Source: a virus. From it: a stretch of 52,423 bases of DNA. Below the pieces are notes generated by a model, which was not told the DNA's origin, ran no database searches, and saw only the letters and a list, made by a program, of their open reading frames with translations. Position 1 is the first letter of the stretch; each line of letters begins with the position of its first letter. Made by a program: the position numbers and the translations under genes. Positions 1 to 7,496 of this stretch are shown here, one piece after another. The stretch is taken from positions 1 through 52,423 of the IMG/VR virus record IMGVR_UViG_3300045988_112931; one strand, given 5' to 3'.

Positions 1-55
1 CCCCTAATTTTCTTTTTTTACAGCCTCCAATCTGTGATAGCCTGGAGGCTGTTTT
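1..55. repeat. 55-bp terminal direct repeat, copy 1 (identical to 52369-52423)
   Basis: Read directly. The string cccctaattttctttttttacagcctccaatctgtgatagcctggaggctgtttt occurs at both ends, and each copy ends exactly at the window edge. Confidence 0.95.
21..51 (+). terminator. Hairpin with a 9-bp stem (CAGCCTCCA/TGGAGGCTG) and 13-nt loop, followed by TTTT on the + strand only
   Basis: The inverted repeat was read directly. T-runs flank it on the + strand, so on the minus (coding) strand it lacks a U-tract. Confidence 0.4.
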
Positions 56-203
56 ATTATTCTTTCGCCACCGAACATTTTATATCTCCATTTGTTTTAA
101 AAGAAAATACCCAACCTGGGGTTGGCGATTATCAATAATTTTTTCTGAATATACATTTGCTGTCTTTCTGCTGTGACAGCCCAAAGACAGTGTCACTAAT
201 TTA

Positions 204-839
204 TTAATACGGCCTTGCAGGCGGAGTGAAGTTTGATGTCCAACGGGCAATATTACTGATGCGAAACTCGTCAATCATACCGTTCAGATACAATCCATAA
301 TCTCGATATTTTCCGATCATTAAAGAACTATAGTACCCTGAAACCATCGTTGATGTGAAACCAGACGCATACACTCCATTTACATACACTTTCCAATATC
401 GAGATTGTGACCTGACGATCGCAAGATGAACCCACTGATCCCGTGGCATCGTAAAATAGCATATTGCATCCCCTCGGGTTCCACCATACTGCAATCCAAA
501 GAAAATGCGTCCGTCTGATTCCTCCATTATATCAAAGCTGTAACTTCCATAAGCAACGCCTTTTGACATTATACCGTTTTTCACACCACTTTTCAGTTTA
601 ATCCAAAAATCGACGGTATAGTTTGGATATAGGGACTCGTTTATGGCATTCGTTCCACTTATCTTTACATACCCGTTTCCTGAAAACGAAACGCAATTCT
701 TGAATTTTCCCACTACATAGGACATATTACTACCAACATAAGGCTTGCCTGAGGCTTCATCTTTCAATGATCCATCAAAATGTAGCAACAGCAAAGTATT
801 CCTGTCTACTTTCTTCCGTCCCATCATCGATCTTATCAT
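204..839 (-). CDS. LamG / concanavalin-A-like lectin-fold protein, candidate receptor-binding fibre tip
   Basis: 211-aa ORF with a pattern typical of LamG jelly-roll domains: LLLHFDG, GKFKNCVSFSG, WVHLAIV, YVNG, IDEFRISN-ARW-FTPP. The N-terminus RSMMGRKK is shared with 992..1762. Strong SD GGAAAGGAGG upstream. Confidence 0.8.
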   Translation of the reverse strand: MIRSMMGRKKVDRNTLLLLHFDGSLKDEASGKPYVGSNMSYVVGKFKNCVSFSGNGYVKISGTNAINESLYPNYTVDFWIKLKSGVKNGIMSKGVAYGSYSFDIMEESDGRIFFGLQYGGTRGDAICYFTMPRDQWVHLAIVRSQSRYWKVYVNGVYASGFTSTMVSGYYSSLMIGKYRDYGLYLNGMIDEFRISNIARWTSNFTPPARPY

Positions 840-879
840 ACCAACCTCCTTTCCGCCGAAAGTCGGTCAGATACTTTAG

Positions 880-933
880 TTAAGAGGTGTTTACCCCCCC
901 CCCCGTTAACATTTGTAAACAATTATTTCTCAT
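880..933 (-). promoter_or_regulatory. Leader mini-ORF A (MRNNCLQMLTGGGVNTS*) containing the G11 tract, upstream of the LamG gene
   Basis: Translated by hand. The sequence ATG..ACG GGG GGG GGG GTA AAC ACC TCT TAA stops inside the ACCTCTT segment, which is complementary to the downstream SD AAGGAGG. Confidence 0.35.
894..904 (-). repeat. Homopolymeric G11 tract (C11 on the + strand)
   Basis: Counted directly. It lies 55-65 nt upstream of the ATG at 839. Confidence 0.95.
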
Positions 934-991
934 GACTTTATCTCCTATTTTTTAGTCGTTAATATCTTGTTTCATCTTTTTCAACGGCAGA

Positions 992-1762
992 TCATTCTTC
1001 GTAAGCCCAATAGCGGATCAGGACAGTGCCATCACCGCCGTTACCGTAAGTACCACAACCGCCACCACCGTAACCGCCACTTTTTCTATTGCCATTTCCA
1101 GTTCCGCATCCTTTGTCGTAATCGGATTCTCCCCCCATGCCCTCATTTATATTTCTGTCTGAACCACCACCTCCGGCATTTCGTTTCCCAGTAGGTTCGC
1201 CAAAATCGCGGGTTGTATGCCTTTGACCCTTTCCTCCGCCATATAGGGAACCAGCTGGATAGAGAGAGCCATTTTCATTGCGGCTGCCGATTCCGTTAGA
1301 TCCATCAGAACCCGCTTTAGCCGTATCTGAATCATCTCCTGCTCCGCCACTTCCGCCGTTGCCACCAGTATATGCTCCGGCATTACTTCCGCCTGGATAA
1401 CCATTACCCGCACCATTTCCGCCATTAGCTCTATAACTTGAATTTAAGAATTGAGAGTATCCACCGTTGGGGGCAACTTCAGAATACCCTCCAATTCCTC
1501 CTTTCCCAACTGTTATCGGAATTGACTGACCCGGTGCAACAGAGATAGCATCACCGTCTCTCCATCCGGATGTATCTTTTTTGAAGGTTTTAGTATAGCC
1601 GCCACCTCCACCGCTTCCATTATGTCCTGCACCCCCTCCTCCGACAAGAAACACATCAACCTCCCTACATCCTTTAGGTACGATCCAGATATAATTCCCG
1701 GCAGGATAGAACCTCTTGGTGAACAACTGCAACTTCTTCCGTCCCATCATCGATCGTCTCAT
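992..1762 (-). CDS. Glycine-rich domain tail fibre protein (paralog of 2883..3635)
   Basis: 256-aa ORF. It contains W-IVPKGC-EVDVFLVGGGGAG followed by long Gly/Asn/Ser-rich stretches, the same architecture as 2883..3635. SD GAAAGGAGGG upstream. Confidence 0.7.
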   Translation of the reverse strand: MRRSMMGRKKLQLFTKRFYPAGNYIWIVPKGCREVDVFLVGGGGAGHNGSGGGGGYTKTFKKDTSGWRDGDAISVAPGQSIPITVGKGGIGGYSEVAPNGGYSQFLNSSYRANGGNGAGNGYPGGSNAGAYTGGNGGSGGAGDDSDTAKAGSDGSNGIGSRNENGSLYPAGSLYGGGKGQRHTTRDFGEPTGKRNAGGGGSDRNINEGMGGESDYDKGCGTGNGNRKSGGYGGGGCGTYGNGGDGTVLIRYWAYEE

Positions 1763-1848
1763 CTACGCCCTCCTTTCTTACGATAAGAGGTCGTAACTTC
1801 TTTATTTAGAGAGCATTTTACCCCCCCCCGTTTAACTTTTAATAACAT
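1759..1848 (-). promoter_or_regulatory. Leader mini-ORF B (29 codons) reading through the G9 tract; its TGA stop overlaps the ATG of 992..1762 (ATGA)
   Basis: Translated by hand as MLLKVKRGGVKCSLNKEVTTSYRKKGGRR*. The stop is at 1759-1761 and the downstream ATG at 1760-1762. The ORF crosses the ACCTCTT anti-SD-like segment. Confidence 0.4.
1821..1829 (-). repeat. Homopolymeric G9 tract (C9 on the + strand)
   Basis: Counted directly. It is flanked by the same GTT(T)AAC / TAAA context as the G11 tract. Confidence 0.95.
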
Positions 1849-1856
1849 AACCTGTT

Positions 1857-2876
1857 TCATTGCTTTACCTCCTGTACAATTGTGGGCAAGTCTTTCAAGT
1901 CGTTCGGATAACCTGTAACGGTTGTCAGAATGCAGAGATAGATCACACCGTATTGTTCATAATATTTGTCTTTCTCGAATGCCATACCCTGCACGTATGG
2001 AATAGGATCATCAAGCGTGCCTGCGTGCTCAGCTTTAACGATCTTATACAGTGAAGCAGTTTCTATGCCCGGTTTCCAGTCGGCTTGCAGCTTGTGCTTT
2101 TGTATCACTTCAAACAAAGTGTCACTTTCTCCTTCCACTACTCGAAGCCGGAAGCCTATTTCAACTTCTTTGCCAAACTCTGCATCTTTCTCACCCCAAA
2201 TGGGGAATAAGACCTGCATCTCCAACGCTTGGCTGGCTGTGAGAGACACGCTGTTCATCATCGCACGGGCAAAGGTCACTGCCTGCGCTTCCGGGGATTT
2301 AGCGATTGCCTTATCTGCTTTAGTTTGCAAGGCTGCCGTTGTTGTATGGATCATTTCAGGATAGCCTTCCACTACGATAGCTTCGACCTCCCCGGCTGTT
2401 TGGGCGGCATCGATACGGGATAGCAAGCCGTCTGTCACCTTGCCGCATTGCTCCGAATAGTCCGCTATTTCGTCAAGAGCAACCGTTAAGATATTCGAGG
2501 CGTACAGATGACCGCCTACTTCGACTTCTTCCTGCCGGCTACACTTATCCTTCACTTGCAGGGTGTTCGAGACGTATGCGTCCTGTTCATCAATATAATA
2601 ATGATGGATGTCTTTATCGTAGATTTCCTGCCGTTTGGCATCACGGGCACGCCAGAGCAATTCTTCCGGTGTCGGCTGTGGTTCCGGTGTCAGTGCCATA
2701 TACCAACACTCGAGCGGTGATGCCTCCGGATAGTCGTTATGATACTGTTCCTGTTCTTCACTAAGCAGGAGATAAGCGCCATCTTCGTAATTTTCGATAT
2801 TGTCGCCAACAAGATAGGAATCAGGCAATTCTTGTTCCAATTCCAAAAACTGAATGTTTTTTTGAATATACAGCAT
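1857..2876 (-). CDS. Hypothetical protein within the tail fibre cluster
   Basis: 339-aa ORF tightly packed between the two Gly-rich genes. No motif recognised. Confidence 0.6.
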   Translation of the reverse strand: MLYIQKNIQFLELEQELPDSYLVGDNIENYEDGAYLLLSEEQEQYHNDYPEASPLECWYMALTPEPQPTPEELLWRARDAKRQEIYDKDIHHYYIDEQDAYVSNTLQVKDKCSRQEEVEVGGHLYASNILTVALDEIADYSEQCGKVTDGLLSRIDAAQTAGEVEAIVVEGYPEMIHTTTAALQTKADKAIAKSPEAQAVTFARAMMNSVSLTASQALEMQVLFPIWGEKDAEFGKEVEIGFRLRVVEGESDTLFEVIQKHKLQADWKPGIETASLYKIVKAEHAGTLDDPIPYVQGMAFEKDKYYEQYGVIYLCILTTVTGYPNDLKDLPTIVQEVKQ

Positions 2877-2882
2877 ATTGTC

Positions 2883-3635
2883 TTATTTATATTTCATGTA
2901 ACGAAGTATTATGATACCGGAACCGCCTGCGCCAGAATAGCATCCTCCTGAGACATTGGAACCACTTATATAAAAAGAACCTCCTCCTGAGCCCGTATTG
3001 GGTTCTCCATTAGTAGGTCTTCTCGAAATATCTCCGACATAACCGATACCACCGCCACCTGGTGCTGATCCGGAACTATATTCTCCACCACCTCCACCAC
3101 CTCCGGCGTACAATTTATTATTGAACGGGCATCTGGTAGTACTCCCTTGACCGATTCCAGGCATATCACCTGCTCCATTAGAACCATCACTTCCACCAAT
3201 ATATCCTGCCGTCTTTTCTGCAGGTCTTCCACTACCACCACCTGATCCCCCATCGCCCCCTCTTCCGGAATATCGACCTCCATTTCCGCCAAGAGCTTTT
3301 ATTGAATTAGATTTAAACCAGGACTCTGACCCTGGAAGACCATTCTTCTGATCATCGTAAGCAGACATCGAAACTACACGATCTCCCCCTTTCCCTATTG
3401 AATAGCTAACAACACTTTCTGGAGTAACAGGCACATCAAGATATGTTTTAACATACCCCGATCCGCCCCCTCCACCACCTCTTTCAGGGCCTGACGATGC
3501 ACCAGAGCCACCGCCACCAACAATGAATACATCAACAAATTTACAACCAGCTGGCACCATCCATGTACCGGATGATTTTAACTCTTCCACAACTTCTACC
3601 AATTCTCTCTTTCCTATCATCACCCTTCTCTTCAT
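2883..3635 (-). CDS. Glycine-rich domain tail fibre protein (paralog of 992..1762)
   Basis: 250-aa ORF with WMVPAGCKFVDVFIVGGGGSG followed by Gly-rich repeats. SD GAAAGGAGGTG upstream. Confidence 0.7.
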   Translation of the reverse strand: MKRRVMIGKRELVEVVEELKSSGTWMVPAGCKFVDVFIVGGGGSGASSGPERGGGGGGSGYVKTYLDVPVTPESVVSYSIGKGGDRVVSMSAYDDQKNGLPGSESWFKSNSIKALGGNGGRYSGRGGDGGSGGGSGRPAEKTAGYIGGSDGSNGAGDMPGIGQGSTTRCPFNNKLYAGGGGGGGEYSSGSAPGGGGIGYVGDISRRPTNGEPNTGSGGGSFYISGSNVSGGCYSGAGGSGIIILRYMKYK

Positions 3636-3651
3636 CTCTCACCTCCTTTCA

Positions 3652-4635
3652 TTATACTCTCACGACAATTATCCCATGTTCTTTTTTCAGCGATACCCCT
3701 GTGGCTTTACCAGCTGGCAGTTCAACGCTTGTTTCCTCCGATTGCCAGCCCGAGCCGTTCGGGATCGGTTGGTTAATCGTTGATCCGGTGTTGTTCTTAA
3801 TGGACAGATAAAATTCCTGCATCTCCGGTACACTTCCTATATTCGCAAAGTTGATCGCCTGCACAGATGTACTCGAATAGGTAAAACGCAAGTTATACGG
3901 TGATGAAGGAAGCGACTTTAAGGTACCGACATCGACATACTCTTTCAGCCTCAAAGAGTCCGATACCTTCGTTTTCTCTTCATTGCTGTAGTCATTGGTT
4001 GATAGCCCCTTTCCCGTTACAGCTTCAACGACTTTGACCCATCCACCGGCTTTCCTGCCATACGTAGATGTATCAGATGGAGCATCTACAGTGATTGCCC
4101 CATCCTTGCCGGGCAAGCCTTGTATGCCCTGAAGACCCTGTTCGCCTCGTTCACCCGTTTCGCCTTTCTCGCCCTGTATCCCCTGCGGGCCCTGTTCGCC
4201 TCGATCGCCCTTTGGACCCTGTGCGCCTGTTTCTCCTTGCAAACCTTGTATGCCCTGTTCACCTTGAGGACCAGGGACACCCTGTATGCCCTGTTCACCT
4301 TTTGCCCCGGTTTCTCCTTTAGCGCCTGTTTCTCCTTTGTCCCCTTTATCCCCTTTTGCACCTTTAAGATTCGGTGTATCAAATGTGCCGGCAGCGGTCG
4401 TTATCTGGAGAATATATGTCGTTTCGTTATTGGTTTTGACACTGACCTGTATATCCTGCAAAACAGCCGGAAGATCTGCAAACGTATGCACTCCGTCGGA
4501 TAGCTTCATGCTGAACTTGCCATTCTCCAATCGTTCGAAGAGCCATACCGATGCCGGATAGACCGTCGTATCGCTTGCCCATTCGGCGGTCGTCTGTTCG
4601 ATCTGTTGATAAATAAATGCACCTTTCTTACTCAT
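3652..4635 (-). CDS. Collagen-like (G-X-Y repeat) tail fibre protein
   Basis: 327-aa ORF with about 30 uninterrupted G-X-Y triplets ([37 protein letters not shown]...). Confidence 0.85.
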   Translation of the reverse strand: MSKKGAFIYQQIEQTTAEWASDTTVYPASVWLFERLENGKFSMKLSDGVHTFADLPAVLQDIQVSVKTNNETTYILQITTAAGTFDTPNLKGAKGDKGDKGETGAKGETGAKGEQGIQGVPGPQGEQGIQGLQGETGAQGPKGDRGEQGPQGIQGEKGETGERGEQGLQGIQGLPGKDGAITVDAPSDTSTYGRKAGGWVKVVEAVTGKGLSTNDYSNEEKTKVSDSLRLKEYVDVGTLKSLPSSPYNLRFTYSSTSVQAINFANIGSVPEMQEFYLSIKNNTGSTINQPIPNGSGWQSEETSVELPAGKATGVSLKKEHGIIVVRV

Positions 4636-6163
4636 TGCTTAAATATCCTTGTTTTATCGTTCGTACTGATTCATTGTAATAATTGGCTCCTGTCAGATAA
4701 ACATTACCGGGCAAGGCTGTACCGCTGCCGGATTCCTGCCACGAAGCTTTTCCCCCGGCAAGATCATAAAGCCGGTAGAACACATATTCGCCATCTTCCG
4801 CTACACGTACTTCATCGCCGATACGAAAATTGATGGTTGTACCGTCGGTATTGACATAGCTCAATGTATTTTCGTCCGGGATAGCCTCCAACGTCGGGAT
4901 CTCCGGTTTGTTCTTGATGTAGTTCTTATTGACAGGATCGGTAACGTTCCAGTCGGGTTGTAGTCCACTGATGACTCCTTCGGCGGCTTCGGCTGCACGA
5001 TTGGCGCGGTCGGCGGCTGTGTTGGCCTCGCCGGTTGCGACTATGGCATCTTCCTTTGCTGTATTAGCAGCCAAAGCAGCCGTATCCGCCAGTCCTGCCT
5101 TTTCATTGGCCAGAGTAGCGGCAACATTGGCTGTATTTGCCGCCTTGTCTGCATTTTCTTTTGCCGTGTTTGCGGCCAAAGCTGCATCCGTCGCCGATTT
5201 TGTAGCAGTCTCGGCAGAAGCTATGGTATCATCCGCACGCTCTACAGCCGCATTAGCATTTTCGGCGGCAGTTGTAGCCGAGGATGCTGCTTCATTCGCT
5301 TTATCCGTTGCGGTATTGGTATTTAATGTTGCCGTGTCAGCCTTTGCTGCTGCATCATTGGCCTTTCCTGCGGCTATATTGGCTTCAACAGTTGCTTTAT
5401 CTGCTTCTTCCTTTGCCATATTGGCTGAAGCTGCTGCGGTATCGGCATTCTCGGCTGCGGTATTGGCTATACCGGCTTTTTCCTCCGCCAATGCAGCGGC
5501 AGCAACAGCCAATTTGGTCGCTGCATCAGCATCTCCGGCAGATTGAGTTGCTTGACCAGCTGCGGCATTTGCTAAAGCTGCGGCATCATTTGCAGCCTTG
5601 GTTGCCGCCTCTGCGCTCACTTTTGCGATGTTTACATTCGATATAGCAGTATTAGCTTCCTCCTTAATTTGGGACATCTGTTCACGAACCTCTTTTGCCG
5701 CATCCGTTGCCGGCTTCATAAGTTCGGCCTTATCAGTCTCTGTCAGATCAGAAAAATGCAGTTTCAATTGATCCACTTCTGCTGGTGTCAGATCGAAAAA
5801 CTTCATTTTCAATTCTTCACGGTCGAAAATATCCACGTATGCACTATCCGGCTCACCTTCGTATTTCATTTGAAGCGTACCGTTCAACTTTCGAAAAACC
5901 GGCTTCTCTCCTTTCGGCCCACGAATTTTCTCAATTTCCAACAGATTCTGCCAAGCACCATTAGCTCCTTGTTTCCAAAGGATGTATTTATCGTTTATCC
6001 CTAAAAACGCACTAAGGCCGGGATCGCCCTGTTTACCTTTCATTGCAGAGGGCAAAGCACGCTTAGGTCTCCCACCCTGAATGATCAGGATCATATCATT
6101 ATCGGTTATTGTTCCGGCTGCCGGAAGCAAATTAGCCCTGATTATTTCAAATTCTTCTGCCAT
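4628..6163 (-). CDS. Tail fibre/stalk protein with a roughly 240-aa alanine-rich coiled-coil-like repeat region
   Basis: 511-aa ORF. It has short collagen-like triplets near the N-terminus and a long A/N/T/D/K low-complexity stalk (ANTAKENADKAANTANVAATLANEKAG...). Its stop overlaps the next gene's start. Confidence 0.7.
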   Translation of the reverse strand: MAEEFEIIRANLLPAAGTITDNDMILIIQGGRPKRALPSAMKGKQGDPGLSAFLGINDKYILWKQGANGAWQNLLEIEKIRGPKGEKPVFRKLNGTLQMKYEGEPDSAYVDIFDREELKMKFFDLTPAEVDQLKLHFSDLTETDKAELMKPATDAAKEVREQMSQIKEEANTAISNVNIAKVSAEAATKAANDAAALANAAAGQATQSAGDADAATKLAVAAAALAEEKAGIANTAAENADTAAASANMAKEEADKATVEANIAAGKANDAAAKADTATLNTNTATDKANEAASSATTAAENANAAVERADDTIASAETATKSATDAALAANTAKENADKAANTANVAATLANEKAGLADTAALAANTAKEDAIVATGEANTAADRANRAAEAAEGVISGLQPDWNVTDPVNKNYIKNKPEIPTLEAIPDENTLSYVNTDGTTINFRIGDEVRVAEDGEYVFYRLYDLAGGKASWQESGSGTALPGNVYLTGANYYNESVRTIKQGYLSNE

Positions 6164-6164
6164 A

Positions 6165-7088
6165 TCAATTGAAAACTATTATTCTACCTTGCTCGTCTGC
6201 CAATAACCCCAAATCCGGATCTTTCAGCACACGGTAACGAACATCACCGCCGGCATCTATCCAACTCACCACGGGAGCAACAACAGAAATAGTGAATCTT
6301 GCCCCTATCCGGTTCTCCTGCCAGACTTCCACAGAAAAGGACGGGCAATCCGTATAGTACACCTGAATGATACCATCCAATGTCTTAATATATAATTCCT
6401 GATTTCCTACACCGGATATCTGGCTAAAGAATGCCCGATAATTATTCAGAAACTCTTCCACACTGCCGGCCAACATCCAAAGGGACAGTTTTATTTCCCT
6501 ATGCTGGGTTTTGATTGTCGAAAGGTCTACCGTACGGCCATCGGTGAACGGCGCCTTAACCGCAGGATATTTCAAGATGTCCTCCTGGTTATCATCCGAT
6601 CCTATACCGAAGTCTGCAAAGTCTATCCCATTAATCGCATACTGCCCGCGAAGCCCGATACCGCCGGCCGGAGTTGCCGGATAAATGGCATGATTGTCCT
6701 CGACAAAAGAAAGTTCAAACACAGATACGTTCTCCCCTGCATTAAATGGCACAGGCTGTTCGTGAGAAGAGCAGACATTGAAGCGTAAGCGGTTGGTCAT
6801 ACCGGCAATAAGATTGAATTCCCGATAGCCCGGTGCGGACAGATCAGCAACAAACTTTCTATACCCAGACCAGAACTGCTCAAGCGTTTCTGCCTTCATG
6901 AGGAATTTCAACTTGACGGTCTTAGGTTCGAACTCCACAACCGAGAGATCGGGATCGATTCCGTCGGCTTCCGCCCAGTTGTTATATTTGACTGCCTTAC
7001 GTTTGGGGTATTTCAGAAGATCATCAAAAGAACCTTCCAATAATTTACATCCCCATTCAGTATATACGTCTTTTCCGTCTATTGTCAT
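6165..7088 (-). CDS. Distal tail protein (Dit)-like
   Basis: 307-aa ORF shortly downstream of the tape measure. The N-terminus TIDGKDVYTEWGCKLL resembles siphovirus Dit N-termini. Called from position and size. Confidence 0.5.
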   Translation of the reverse strand: MTIDGKDVYTEWGCKLLEGSFDDLLKYPKRKAVKYNNWAEADGIDPDLSVVEFEPKTVKLKFLMKAETLEQFWSGYRKFVADLSAPGYREFNLIAGMTNRLRFNVCSSHEQPVPFNAGENVSVFELSFVEDNHAIYPATPAGGIGLRGQYAINGIDFADFGIGSDDNQEDILKYPAVKAPFTDGRTVDLSTIKTQHREIKLSLWMLAGSVEEFLNNYRAFFSQISGVGNQELYIKTLDGIIQVYYTDCPSFSVEVWQENRIGARFTISVVAPVVSWIDAGGDVRYRVLKDPDLGLLADEQGRIIVFN

Positions 7089-7495
7089 AATACACGTGCT
7101 GTATGGTCTTTATGAGTTATTACCTTACCGCCAGCGTTCTTTACGAACACCACGGCATAGTTACTCGCATGGATCTCGGCTTCCGCCCCGTGCATCAGGA
7201 TCACGTTGTAGCGGCCGATCGTATCAAAATGAAGGATTGCCTTGGAACCGGCCAGGAATACCTTCACCGGATTCGTCAGTTTCACGTCCGTCTCGATATA
7301 GATTCCCATGCTTTCGGCCTTCTTGCCCCGGAACTCTCGTAATTGTTCCATAGACGGGAAATTATTCTTCGTGCAGAACTCCGTACCCTGCGGTGTCAGC
7401 AGAAGGCGCATAAGCTCTTCTTTGTTTTCCGTGCCATGCAACAACCGGCAGGCACCTAACCGGTTTGCTATCTCAAAAAACTCTTTGTCCATCAT
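7085..7495 (-). CDS. Hypothetical tail protein
   Basis: 136-aa ORF between the tape measure and the Dit-like gene, with ATGA overlap to the next gene. Confidence 0.5.
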   Translation of the reverse strand: MMDKEFFEIANRLGACRLLHGTENKEELMRLLLTPQGTEFCTKNNFPSMEQLREFRGKKAESMGIYIETDVKLTNPVKVFLAGSKAILHFDTIGRYNVILMHGAEAEIHASNYAVVFVKNAGGKVITHKDHTARVL

Positions 7496-7496
7496 G

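Noticed and set aside
21-51. The junction hairpin as the terminator of the minus-strand LamG gene
   Set aside because: The T-runs flank the hairpin on the + strand, so on the minus strand it is followed by A-rich sequence. It is not a canonical intrinsic terminator for the genes that flow through it. I kept it only as a + strand terminator-like hairpin.
1-55. The 55-bp end repeats as attL/attR of an integrated prophage
   Set aside because: The repeats coincide exactly with the window ends. There is no integrase, and a linear reading would split the tail module in two. A circular-assembly overlap or terminal redundancy fits better. Integration cannot be excluded without the flanking sequence.
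1147-4503. Alternative-frame ORFs inside the Gly-rich and collagen-like genes (1147..1425, 2966..3292, 4086..4382, 4120..4503 and others)
   Set aside because: They arise because repetitive GGN/GNN codon runs are open in several frames. The G-X-Y and Gly-rich frames are the ones with SD sites and operon continuity.
204-6163. Diversity-generating retroelement acting on the fibre or LamG genes
   Set aside because: No reverse transcriptase ORF occurs anywhere in the six frames. I saw no template/variable repeat pair of about 100 bp near the fibre gene 3' ends.
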